64,000 nt of DNA, from the NCBI GenBank assembly GCA_977018835.1, contig OZ361260.1, positions 2,666,001 through 2,730,000 of the forward strand, read 5' to 3'. The stretch is from Minutocellus sp. GHC0000111. Its lineage: Eukaryota. The notes beneath the pieces are model-generated. The model did not search any database, was not told the origin of the DNA, and was given only the letters and a program-made list of their open reading frames with translations. The position numbers and the translations under genes were made by a program. This document shows positions 43,251 through 53,540 of this stretch, one piece after another (the first letter of the stretch is position 1; every line of letters starts with the position of its first letter).

Positions 43251-46208
43251 ATGGACGCCGAGGAGGAGGTGGGCAGCGGCAATAATAGCAACGATGGTGC
43301 CATCGAAGGGCGGGGCCACAGCAACACGTGGGACTTTGAAGAGGGTGAGTATCCTGTTTGTTTTGTACCAATTCAAACATTACGAGAAAACCAGCACATC
43401 ATGTGTGACACACTCGTACACGTACAACATGCAGAACGGCGAATGCGGACTTCTGCTGTTGCAATCGATCCGTTCCAGTATGACCGGCCATACCCACCTT
43501 CCTCCCATCTGCTCAATCACATATTTTATGTTATTTATTATCCATCTCACAAGATTAGGTTCTTTCCTCGTATCTTTCATGTGAAATTTCTCGTAACAGA
43601 CCACTTATTGTCGTACTTTCTCGGCGGGACCGGCGCCCCCGAGCCCAGCGGTATTCACGGAGAGGCTGATGGACACGACAATGATGACACCGGCATGCAT
43701 GTCAAAGGGAATGCCGATGAACCTGGAACCTTTTCTCCTTCAGCTGGCGGCATCGGGATGGACATGATGGTCGACGCCAGCTCGGCGGCCGACGCGCTGG
43801 CGGCCTCGGCGGCTCAGGCGAGTCATCAGCATGCCTCGATGGGATCTCCCTCGGTTTCGTTCAACTTTACGCACAGTCCCATCACCGGCTCATTAATGAT
43901 GGGCGGGAGTATTCCTGGAATTGGAAATGGAATGAAAACTGGAGGACCTCTCCTTCCACCGTCGTCTCCTGGAGCAACGGGGAATCATCAGCCAATATCG
44001 GAAGGTGAGACCCAGGCAACCAGCAAGAGCCGAAAATTGCCGTCTTCGAGCAGTCTAAAATCGTCCAGTTCCTACACCAGCCATGGAAGCAGTAGTAAGG
44101 GCAGCAGTGGTAGGTTGGGATTTGTGATTGGGGCCGACGATGCTCCTCCGCCTGGCAGAGTGGCCTTTGCCGATATGGGTGACGATGATGACGATGATAA
44201 TAATGGCAACAACTCTGACGACCCAATTGATGAGGATAGCAAGAACAATGTTCCCAAGATGGGCCACGGAAAAAATGGCGCACGCAGGGGCATGTTTGGC
44301 GTGGAACCGCCGTCTACACCGGCAACGCAATATTTCGGCCCATCCTCATCCAGCGCAGCTGCCGCTTCAGCTTCAGCATCCATGCAGGGGCATCATCGTG
44401 TGCCATCGGCAAGCGTTCTGTCCACCTCCTCGTCCTCGTCCTCATCCCTCGACAAGCTCGGCAGGGCCATGGCCATGAACAGCGTCAATCCAGGTCAGGC
44501 CGTCATGGAGGTGCACAAGACGTTGCAGATGAATGCCAGCGAGCTGCCGACCCCACCGACTCCGCAAATGATGATGATGCTGGGCAATCCTGCCGCCGCC
44601 GCGGCCATGGCTGCTTCGGCCGCAACCGCTGCATCTGCATCAGGCGCAACTGGTGCATCCTCGGCATCAGCCCAAGCCTCGGCATCAGCCCAAGCCCAAG
44701 CCTCAGCCTCCGCCCAGTCTACGTCTGGCACCGCCGCTGGTAGTGCTGGTGGGATGCCGGGATATTCGCCGTTTTCGCCCGCCGCTGGCCTGGGCTCTCC
44801 AGAGAACATGATGCTCCCCCCTCCACCTCGATGGCCCATGGGCGGGGGTGGGACGAATGCTGGCACGGCTGCTGCTGGTGTCCCGCCGACGCAACCATTT
44901 CCAATGATGAATCCTCAGCAAGCGCAAGCTTATTTTTTACAGCACCAGCAATTTCTCCAGCAGCTCAACTACAACGCCCAGATGGCCTACGCTCAGCAAC
45001 AACAGCAACAACAAAGACATCCAAATAATATTGGCCAAAAGAGCCACAAGAAGGAACTCCCTCCTTGTCCGGAAGTTTCGAACGAAGATATCGTCAAGGC
45101 TGCCGCCGCCGCTGGAATCATTAATCCAGCTCTCGGCCATGGCCGCCCTGGACGTGGTGGCATAATGTCTGCAGCCTCCCCAGATACTGCAGGAAGTTCT
45201 GCAGGCGGCGGCGGCGGTAGGGTCATGGAAACCGAAGAGAAACGGCAGCAGCGATTGGCACGAAATCGGGAGAGTGCGCGCAAGTCCCGCCGACAAAAGA
45301 AGGAGCGGCTGCAAACACTCGCGGCTCAGGTGAGCAAGCTGCAGGACGAGCTCGAGGTGGAACGGCACCGATGCATCGGTGCGATGGAAAGCGGGTTGCG
45401 CCAAGGTCGGGCCGACGTTATCGCAGGCTCGGCAGAGTATCGACCCACCAACTCGACCGAGGAGAGTGGCGCGAAAGATCCTCTGGCACAGGCGCTGGAA
45501 TATGTGGTGAGAGACATCGGGCCGAAATGCCAAGCACGAAGTGCAGCTGCCAACTTCCAGCACAACACGCTGCAAAGCCAAATGCTTCCAAATTATCGGG
45601 AATTTATTCTCTGGCTTTCCACTCAGCACCCGTCGTTTCTATATACCGCCAAGGAAGAGAGGAATAATAATGATGAGAAAGTTAGGAAGACTTCGTCGTC
45701 GAAGCAAATTGGTGAAGAACTTTTTGGGGGCGGAAAGCCCAAGAGCGGGAAGAAATCTTCGGACGACGATTCGTCGAAAGCGGATCTATCCGCCAAGGCC
45801 GATGACGTCCAGCGTTTTTGGCCGATGTTTTGTTATGACATGAGCATCAGCGTCGACCAAGAAGAACGGATCTGCCAATTGCAAAATAGTATGTTCCATT
45901 CTGCGACGCTACCGGGAAGCCGCCAGGAGGCCTCGACGGCCAAGGCCATCACTCGCTCGCTGAAGCACTGCATCCTCTACGCAGGGCACTCATCCGCCCA
46001 TCGTAGTGAAGGAGCACTACTTGATATTTTGACTCCAGAGCAAAGTGCTCGCTACCTTCAGTGGTATGCAGCAAACAAGGATCGATGCAATCGTATCATC
46101 AGGAGCAAAATCAAGAATGCAGAGGCATCGGCTGACGCGTTGGGACCCACAAGCCTTGATGCGCTTAGCCAGAGACTGAATGATGCCTTGCATTTTCGAG
46201 GAGGCTGA
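43251..46208 (+). CDS. bZIP transcription factor; likely exons 43251-43344 and 43600-46208
   Basis: EEKRQQRLARNRESARKSRRQKKERLQTL...L..L. Putative GTGAGT...TAACAG intron at 43345-43599. Confidence 0.88.
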   Translation: MDAEEEVGSGNNSNDGAIEGRGHSNTWDFEEGEYPVCFVPIQTLRENQHIMCDTLVHVQHAERRMRTSAVAIDPFQYDRPYPPSSHLLNHIFYVIYYPSHKIRFFPRIFHVKFLVTDHLLSYFLGGTGAPEPSGIHGEADGHDNDDTGMHVKGNADEPGTFSPSAGGIGMDMMVDASSAADALAASAAQASHQHASMGSPSVSFNFTHSPITGSLMMGGSIPGIGNGMKTGGPLLPPSSPGATGNHQPISEGETQATSKSRKLPSSSSLKSSSSYTSHGSSSKGSSGRLGFVIGADDAPPPGRVAFADMGDDDDDDNNGNNSDDPIDEDSKNNVPKMGHGKNGARRGMFGVEPPSTPATQYFGPSSSSAAAASASASMQGHHRVPSASVLSTSSSSSSSLDKLGRAMAMNSVNPGQAVMEVHKTLQMNASELPTPPTPQMMMMLGNPAAAAAMAASAATAASASGATGASSASAQASASAQAQASASAQSTSGTAAGSAGGMPGYSPFSPAAGLGSPENMMLPPPPRWPMGGGGTNAGTAAAGVPPTQPFPMMNPQQAQAYFLQHQQFLQQLNYNAQMAYAQQQQQQQRHPNNIGQKSHKKELPPCPEVSNEDIVKAAAAAGIINPALGHGRPGRGGIMSAASPDTAGSSAGGGGGRVMETEEKRQQRLARNRESARKSRRQKKERLQTLAAQVSKLQDELEVERHRCIGAMESGLRQGRADVIAGSAEYRPTNSTEESGAKDPLAQALEYVVRDIGPKCQARSAAANFQHNTLQSQMLPNYREFILWLSTQHPSFLYTAKEERNNNDEKVRKTSSSKQIGEELFGGGKPKSGKKSSDDDSSKADLSAKADDVQRFWPMFCYDMSISVDQEERICQLQNSMFHSATLPGSRQEASTAKAITRSLKHCILYAGHSSAHRSEGALLDILTPEQSARYLQWYAANKDRCNRIIRSKIKNAEASADALGPTSLDALSQRLNDALHFRGG

Positions 46209-46319
46209 GCAGGCCATTTAGAATCGGGCGTTTACATATGTTTACCAATAGATCACTTGAATATAGATGAAATAGAGCATTGTTTTATACATAAACTAAC
46301 TTGCAAAAGGATGAGGCGT

Positions 46320-49300
46320 TCATACGGTTGAACGATCAAGCATGGCCTTGATTCTTTCAACTGTCTGTGACGTTCTAACGATTGTGGGATGCTCACTTGG
46401 GAGCTTCGTCCTTTGCCATTCCAAGAGAGTGTGGAAGCATTTCAATGCCTCTCCATAGCTCTGCTGTTCCACAGATAGGGCACCAATAAGCGAAACAACA
46501 TCCATTGTCGCCTTGGAATTTTCGCCATGCGTTGCAACCAGTGATCTATGTACAGCTCTGTAAATACGCAAGGCTTCTTTTCCGTCGCCAATAACACTTT
46601 TGGTATAGGCCAAGGACTCAAGAGTCCTGAGAACAGAGTCATGGCTCTTCGGAAATGTAGACGTCTGAAGCAAGAGCGCTTCTTCGTACACATAAACAGC
46701 CATCTCTTTGTCGTCCAAAGCCAAGTGCACCTTTCCCAGATTTGTCAGTGTTAAGCCACAATTGAATACAGCAGCTTCTCGCCGAACACTGCCCTCAACC
46801 GACGGTCTTTGCATTTCCAGCGATGCGGTGAAGTGCTGTTGGGCTTCAACGAACCTTGACTGCTGAAATAGACTGCACCCAACATTATTCTCGAGTTTTG
46901 CAAGCATTGTGTGGTGCTTAGAAGGATGCTTGTTCAGTACTGCAACCGCACACCGGTAGGAATGGAGAGATGCTTCGAAATCGTTGAGACCGAATTCAAT
47001 CACACCTCGCTTTGCAAACGATACGCCAATGGCTTCGTGGTCCTTTGGCAAATGTCTCGTCCTCTTCTCTGTCGCTTTGTTGGCATGGTATAACGCCTCG
47101 CTTGATCGCCCAATCCAGAGGCAAATGATGGCCATATTCGTGTGAGTCGATGCAAGAAGAAGCTCAATCACAACGTCATCGTGCTCTCTTGCGCGATGGT
47201 TGAGACTACGAACAAGCTTAGCAAACAATCGAAAAGCCTGGCCAAAATCACCGCGCCGAATGGCCAATGCGATGCCATCGTGAACTGCATCCAAATGCTT
47301 TGGGCTTTCGATGATAAATATATCCTCGTCGACGTCGACGGGACAGGAGCTGGATACAAAGGACCTAACCTTCTCCGGTGGAGCATCTTTGCCCCATATT
47401 TCAGAGATCCTGAAGGTGGAATTAGCATCATAATGAGATCTTGGATGTGAAGCTTCTGCTGGTAAGAGCGTAGGACTCTCACGTCTATCGACTTCCGTCG
47501 TGGCAGCGCCTGATGCACCAAAGCAAGACAGCAGCTCATGAAGTTCATTTGTGCTCTCAGCGCCACAGGTTAGCACGGCATCATCACCGCCATCTCCCAT
47601 TTCCTCCTCTATATTCGCAGCGTCGTGGACTGTTTCTATTCCTACCGGAACGACCCAACGATCAGAGACCTCTCCAGAAGGACCTTCAAAAACAACTTCC
47701 GGAACAACCTTACCGCCAGAGGTCATCAGTGAATCGAGTACCATGCGCTGAGGAGTATAGATAGGGCCATTATCGATCGCAACTTGTGAGTTTCCAATGG
47801 TCTGATACCTTGCCGGGCCTAAATCCAAGATGTCAATACCATCAAGGCGGCCTACTATTGCAGCATCAATGTCGTGGAAATAAGTAGTAGCAGGCAGTGG
47901 GTGAATTGCATTCAGCTTCATGTCAGCGCTGTGAGTTCTATCCCGAGTAGGAACATTTGGATTGCTACTGCTACCGCTAGTGTCATCAAGGTTCAGTTGA
48001 ATACCCGGTTCGGAGCCCAATCGTTTTCGTGGCTTTGCTCCCATTTTACCATCGCCGATATTGACAAAACGCTCGGAAATACCCTTTCTTACACCCGGTT
48101 TCGATTTGGCATTGGTCCCAGCAACTTCTCGTAAGGCCCTCTTGATTTTCGTACCAGTCTTTCGAAGAACCTTTGGAAATGACATTTTACTTGGGCTTCC
48201 GCCATAATCATTGTCACTGTCATCATCTTCATCGGAATCAGTGCTCTCGTCACCACCCTCGTCAATTGGTTTTACCCTGTCAGCAATCTTTCGCGAGCCC
48301 ACAAAGGTTTTTGCGCCTGTCCTGGTTTTATTGGAATGCTGTATCGTCTCGACACTTCCGGTGGTTAGACCACTCCGATGGGTCAAGTTGGAAATGGAAT
48401 AAGCATCATCGTCCGACAAAAAGGACCGACTACTCCTTCCGATGGCAGACGCTGCCGCTCTGCTTTCACCGCTACCACCTGGAAGATGTCTTGATTTCAG
48501 AGGGCTACGACGAAACTTTCTATCACGGGACACCAAGGTATCGAAGCTACCGGTTTGGCGAATACTGGAACCGTCGTCGTTGGGCTCATCATCGCCTGGC
48601 CCAGAAAAATGAAAAATATCAAAATCAGAGGAATGCTCGGCATCGTGGCTGCTCCGACGCCGCCTCCCACCGATTGCACTGCTAAAATTGGCACGAAATA
48701 TCGATGCCTGCTGATATCGTTCATCACCACCCTCAATGCCATCGGCAGGTAAGCGAAATTCCAAGGCATTGTTGTTCCCACCATCTCGAGCCAAGACACC
48801 ACCAAAGAACGGGCTGGAAGACGACGATGCATAGGCAACATCATTCCTCGATAATGAAAGGGAATCATAGTAAGCTTTTCGTTCCGCCTTGGTATTTGTC
48901 TCATTCGATGGTGTCATAGATTCGTCGGCCAATACCTCCGTGCTGATATTTCGTACGCTGTGCTTGGAAGCATCGGTTCCCAATCTCGGCAGGGGTTGCG
49001 AACTCAACAGTGCAAATTTCGTCTTGGTTTGTTTCTTGGACGATTTGGACTTGCTCTTTCCACTTTTCTCACTTGATGTAGCTGATAAATGGTTTCGATC
49101 GGGCGATCCCGATGACGACGATGATGTCATGGTGGCAGTCGATGGCAGCACGTCCATGCTGGATGGCAAGTATCCAGTGCTGCAGGTATCTCCGTCGTCT
49201 TCTTTGGCATCAAAATTATTTCTGCCACCCAGGGGAGTTAGTTTCCGTCGATGCCGAGGAGCAAATAGTGGCTGCGCCGCTATCACTGCGCTCTCATCTG

Positions 49301-49529
49301 CCGCAAGTTCCTGTTCGTCATGGGCCGATATTTGCACGGCCAGCGAATCCTCCGTTGGTTGGCGCCTGTGCATGTTATTATGTGCCGATTTCTGTTTGCT
49401 GGGCGATGAGACATGCAAGGCTCGTATCGATTTGGATAGAAAACTGCTGCCACCGCTGCCGCCAGCAACAGCCGATTTTGATGGAGACATCCCATCTGGA
49501 ATATTGGAATGCATCCTTTTTTCGTTCAT
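46320..49529 (-). CDS. Large protein with disordered N-terminus and C-terminal TPR repeats (kinesin light chain / NPHP3-like)
   Basis: ATG at 49529. LASTHTNMA, LAKLENNVG, LTLTNLGKVH, LPSEHP-type TPR repeats. Confidence 0.8.
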   Translation of the reverse strand: MNEKRMHSNIPDGMSPSKSAVAGGSGGSSFLSKSIRALHVSSPSKQKSAHNNMHRRQPTEDSLAVQISAHDEQELAADESAVIAAQPLFAPRHRRKLTPLGGRNNFDAKEDDGDTCSTGYLPSSMDVLPSTATMTSSSSSGSPDRNHLSATSSEKSGKSKSKSSKKQTKTKFALLSSQPLPRLGTDASKHSVRNISTEVLADESMTPSNETNTKAERKAYYDSLSLSRNDVAYASSSSSPFFGGVLARDGGNNNALEFRLPADGIEGGDERYQQASIFRANFSSAIGGRRRRSSHDAEHSSDFDIFHFSGPGDDEPNDDGSSIRQTGSFDTLVSRDRKFRRSPLKSRHLPGGSGESRAAASAIGRSSRSFLSDDDAYSISNLTHRSGLTTGSVETIQHSNKTRTGAKTFVGSRKIADRVKPIDEGGDESTDSDEDDDSDNDYGGSPSKMSFPKVLRKTGTKIKRALREVAGTNAKSKPGVRKGISERFVNIGDGKMGAKPRKRLGSEPGIQLNLDDTSGSSSNPNVPTRDRTHSADMKLNAIHPLPATTYFHDIDAAIVGRLDGIDILDLGPARYQTIGNSQVAIDNGPIYTPQRMVLDSLMTSGGKVVPEVVFEGPSGEVSDRWVVPVGIETVHDAANIEEEMGDGGDDAVLTCGAESTNELHELLSCFGASGAATTEVDRRESPTLLPAEASHPRSHYDANSTFRISEIWGKDAPPEKVRSFVSSSCPVDVDEDIFIIESPKHLDAVHDGIALAIRRGDFGQAFRLFAKLVRSLNHRAREHDDVVIELLLASTHTNMAIICLWIGRSSEALYHANKATEKRTRHLPKDHEAIGVSFAKRGVIEFGLNDFEASLHSYRCAVAVLNKHPSKHHTMLAKLENNVGCSLFQQSRFVEAQQHFTASLEMQRPSVEGSVRREAAVFNCGLTLTNLGKVHLALDDKEMAVYVYEEALLLQTSTFPKSHDSVLRTLESLAYTKSVIGDGKEALRIYRAVHRSLVATHGENSKATMDVVSLIGALSVEQQSYGEALKCFHTLLEWQRTKLPSEHPTIVRTSQTVERIKAMLDRSTV

Positions 49530-50158
49530 CGCCCCCCACGCTCGCTGAATGTATTTGGCGGGGCTGCACAAAAAGTCGCTGGGCTACTTTCGTATTGGAC
49601 GACAACTGAATCAACAGAACGACGGATGAATGAGGTCTGTGTTGCAAGTTAAAAGTTGAACAGGCGCAGTGTCTGGTGAGGAACGATTATGCGGACTGGT
49701 CACACAGCACGAGGTCACCACAACATGGAATGCATGTACACGTATCGTGCCTTCGCTTTGTCCGCAGGATTGACCGCATCTTACTCTAGTAGCTGCTCGT
49801 GCCATTTTTCGGTTTGCCGGGACTTCCGGCGGGAATGGCGGCGTGGCTGGCTCGCATATGACGTCATCATTTCTGGCGTGGCTGGCTCGCACGAACGCCC
49901 GCCCGACGCGACCCCGCACACGTCCACACTGGGCGCCACTTGCCTGCATACAATCTTTTTGGTCGCATGCTCAAAAGCCGGCCGCGCCACCTTTCGCTCC
50001 CGCAAAGCACGTCATTTCACTGCATAAACTCCCTCACCCCCATGGCCGTCCGCTCGTGGTGCTAGCTCCACAAGTTTCCACCAAAAATCGCGGAGACCGT
50101 AGCAGTAGCTTGGGCATATATCAATCAATTATTGGCTACGGTATCCACGATTTCTGCC

Positions 50159-52274
50159 ATGTCGAAGATCCAAAAATCGATTGGCCCGCCACCACCCATT
50201 TCGGTGCCCCGCGAAATGCGCACTGACGCAAGAGATGCCATCGCTGCAGTCTTTGATGCAATGAAATCAGTCAAAGACCTCCCATATTATTGGCACAATA
50301 TCATTGGTGCCAATGGTGGCGGTCTCATGCACCGTTTTGGGGTTGATGCGCTCACGTTTGCCTCTGTCATGTTCGTTGCTGGACTTTTCAAATGGAGGAA
50401 AGTGACAAAAGAAGAACGATATGCGTTGAAAGCAGATAAGAAGGATTGGGATGTCTTCATCGCCGAGAAGAAGCTAGGCGATTTTCTTCAATGCACACAG
50501 AAGGAGGTAAATGTAAAGAAAGGGGCTGATGGAAAGCCATTAACAAAGGCGATCCGAATGAAGGTAACTTTCCTCAAGATCGGTGACGCAAAAAGCCAGC
50601 CGCCGATCGTGTAGCCATCGTCCTAGGAGGAGACCACGGCCAGGGCGCGTTCATTATGATTGTCAAGATTACATTATATTTTAAGAATGGGAATAAAGTC
50701 AAGACGGAGATGCACCAGCTTGACGTAGGCCATGTCAATTGCCGCAAAGACATCTACGAAGTCCTCAGCAACACTCTACTGACGAAAATTGGTCAGTCGC
50801 TGAAGGAAATAAGCGACCACAGCCTCCGACCTACCGCCTCAAGGGGGCTTGAGATTGTTCCCAATTCTCACCGATCACTTGGGAAGAGACCGATGAAGTT
50901 GTTTGTCACTGGCGACCTACTTTTTTATTCTATCGTGCTTGGTCGGGTAGGTGCAAACCACTGGTGCTTCTGTTGTAAGCTTCACCCCAGGGATTGGAAG
51001 AAGAACCCATTTGCCGTCCGGATTTGTGGACGATGGATGCTTTCAAAGACATGGCAAAATTGTACAATAAGGGAGCATTTAAGACCGATGCTGAGTACCT
51101 CGGCCAGAGGCGCAGTCCCGAGTGGCCTTTTATCAATCTTTTTCATTGGGCTTGTCCGTTTCTTCATCTCAAAATCGGCATCGGAAATGACATTATGAAT
51201 AACTTTATGGATTGGATTGATCGAGAGGTGATAAAAATATCTCCAGCAGAAATAGAGGCTCGCAACTCCCTTGTTGTCACTGAAGGAGCTATCGAGGAGA
51301 AGAATACCGAAAGAGCAATGATTGAGGCATCTATCAATGAATTGAAAGTCGAGCTACGAGATTCTATTTTAACTACGCAAGAGAAGAAGGAGAAGAAAGC
51401 TGCTAAGGCCTCCCTCACCGCTAGGGTGAAAGAGATCAAGAAAGAAGTGACGGAGCTGAAGAAGGTTGCGAGGAGCAAGAAGAGAACAATCAAGAGGCAC
51501 CGATCCAAACGCAAGTACGATGATCAGAGCACCGAAAATAAGATCAATAAATTCCTTGCCGGCCATGGTATCAAGCGCGAGGACTACTTTGCCAGGGCCT
51601 TCAACGGGGTCAACATTGGATACATTATGAAGGCCACCGAGTCCCTCTTTGAAGAGATTGTGCCCACCCTCAAAGCCGACAATAAGGGAGACCTCACCGA
51701 TGCCAACATTGAGGATGTGTGCCAGCAGTATAAAAACATCCTCGATGCTTCCGATGCTGCCCTCTCTGGTCTCCACGAAGAATTCCCATCAGAGCCACAG
51801 CTCATAAAAACTGAGAAGGCGATCCAAAATGCCGTCACTTTGGCATACAATCTCGGCCTCAGCATTACCCCAAAATGGCACATATTTTCCGTACACATCT
51901 TCACTCAGCACGAGAGGTTAGTCAAGGAAGGATGGGGTGGCATCTTTATTCTCGATGAGAGCTACATCGAAAAGTCTCATCAGCGAATGCTTGCTTTGAG
52001 ACGAAGGATGCGAGGCTTGCGGACATGCAAGAAGCAGCAGACCGCGGCTGCCAAGATCGAACATGCATCTAACAATCCTATCGTAGAATCTCATCTCGAT
52101 GTACATAGACCAAAGAAGAAGAGGAAGGGTGCCGGGTTGGCAGCGTTGGCAGCAGCGGCCAAGAAGCAGGCCCTCGAAGTGAAGAGGGAGGGTGCCAGTA
52201 TTATGACTGTAGAAATGAATACTGGTGATGAAAACAATGATGATGAGATTACAGATGGAGGAGGGGTGGTATAA
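50159..52274 (+). mobile_element. Decayed RAG1/Transib/Chapaev-like DDE transposase (termini unresolved)
   Basis: IVLGGDHGQG (D1); FVTGDLLFYSIVLG...WCFCC (D2 + CxxC); CPFLHLKIG; SITPKWHIFSVH; DESYIEKSHQ (E). Frame breaks at ~50605 and 51010-51012. Confidence 0.7.
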
Positions 52275-52457
52275 TGCACATAAATATAAGGATATTAATT
52301 TAATGCAAAATTTGGAACTCACCATGCATCTATCCTCGTGCCATTGGAAATGGGGCAGGGGTTGATTGTTGTTGCATCCTAATCCTTCGCATCCTTCAAG
52401 ACAGACATCTGGCCAAGACATTATCACTCATTCTCCCAATCAGAATATAAATGCAAC

Positions 52458-52489
52458 AACCAGTGCCCAAAATGTTTTGGGCACTGGTT
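52458..52489. repeat. Perfect 15-bp inverted repeat (hairpin)
   Basis: AACCAGTGCCCAAAA-TG-TTTTGGGCACTGGTT. Confidence 0.95.
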
Positions 52490-53540
52490 ATTGACTTTAT
52501 ATCATTGACATCAATCGAAGCAATGCATCAATCATCGTCATGGCTCCATCATTCGTCATGCCAACAAGGAAGGTCATCTCGATTGCATCCCGCGACGTGT
52601 GAGGGGCGGTGCCTGACGCTGTGAAGTTCATAGAATGCATAGCGCAGTCCCTTATGGTATCGGTTAATTCAAACCACTCAATGGCCGACTCGTCCTGGGC
52701 GAAGCAGATCCAGGAACGGTTGCAATTGCCGCGAACGCTGGACCATCGGTAGCAGGCGGTGTCGAGAGGAGGAACCGTCGGAACGCGTCAGTCAGATTAC
52801 ATCGGCAATAGTATGTGTTGTAGTGAATCGTTTCCAACGACGATATCCACGATTCATCTTCATGGTATCCACCAACGATTGATGCCAAGACATGTCAGTA
52901 ATATGCTCCGCCGCTGTAGAACGGCGGTGGCGCTTCGCCATGGTTGGGCTCGGGACGCAAAATGGGACGTCGTTTGCCTTCACTGACGGAATGACGTGGC
53001 ACAACGGAAGACCAGCGGAAAAGGTACTTTCGAGGAGAAAAGCAGTTTTATTAGCAAAGTGCACGTGATAAGACGGCCGCGTGGATGTGTGCCCGCAACA
53101 ATGCAACGCAATCATCAAAGAAGGGAGAAGGTGCAGCCTTCGAGAAGACAGCCAACCCAAGCCAAGCCATTGCAATACTAATAACGCATTACAGGCAAAG
53201 CAAGATACCAAATCCTATCAATCTGGAGAGTCGATTTTGAAGGCAAGACCTTCTCGTGTCCTCTTGAACCACCGAAACAGAACCGGCACATCTTTTTGCA
53301 AAGCTGCGCGCCGGCACCCAGCAACTGAAATCTCATTCTTGCTTCTTGCGCCGGCCCGTCGGCGAGTTGAAAGAAGCAAAGAGGCAAACTGAAGAGGGCC
53401 GCATCGGCTACTTGTCGCATAGATATCTTTGCTTGTTGAAAGTGTTGAATTTGGGTTTCCCTGCTGATCATCAAGCATCAAACAAAAGCGAACAGACAAT
53501 AAAAAGAGAACGCGTCATACTTGAAATTTTGCATCAATAA

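Noticed and set aside
49700..52625. Candidate TIR pairs for the RAG-like element (CACAGC 49703 / GCTGTG 52623; CACACGTC 49917 / GACGTGTG ~52601)
   Set aside because: Matches are only 6-8 bp and no flanking target-site duplication supports them.
52640..53500. Short ORFs between the transposase relic and the FG-GAP gene
   Set aside because: No coherent frame or recognisable domain.
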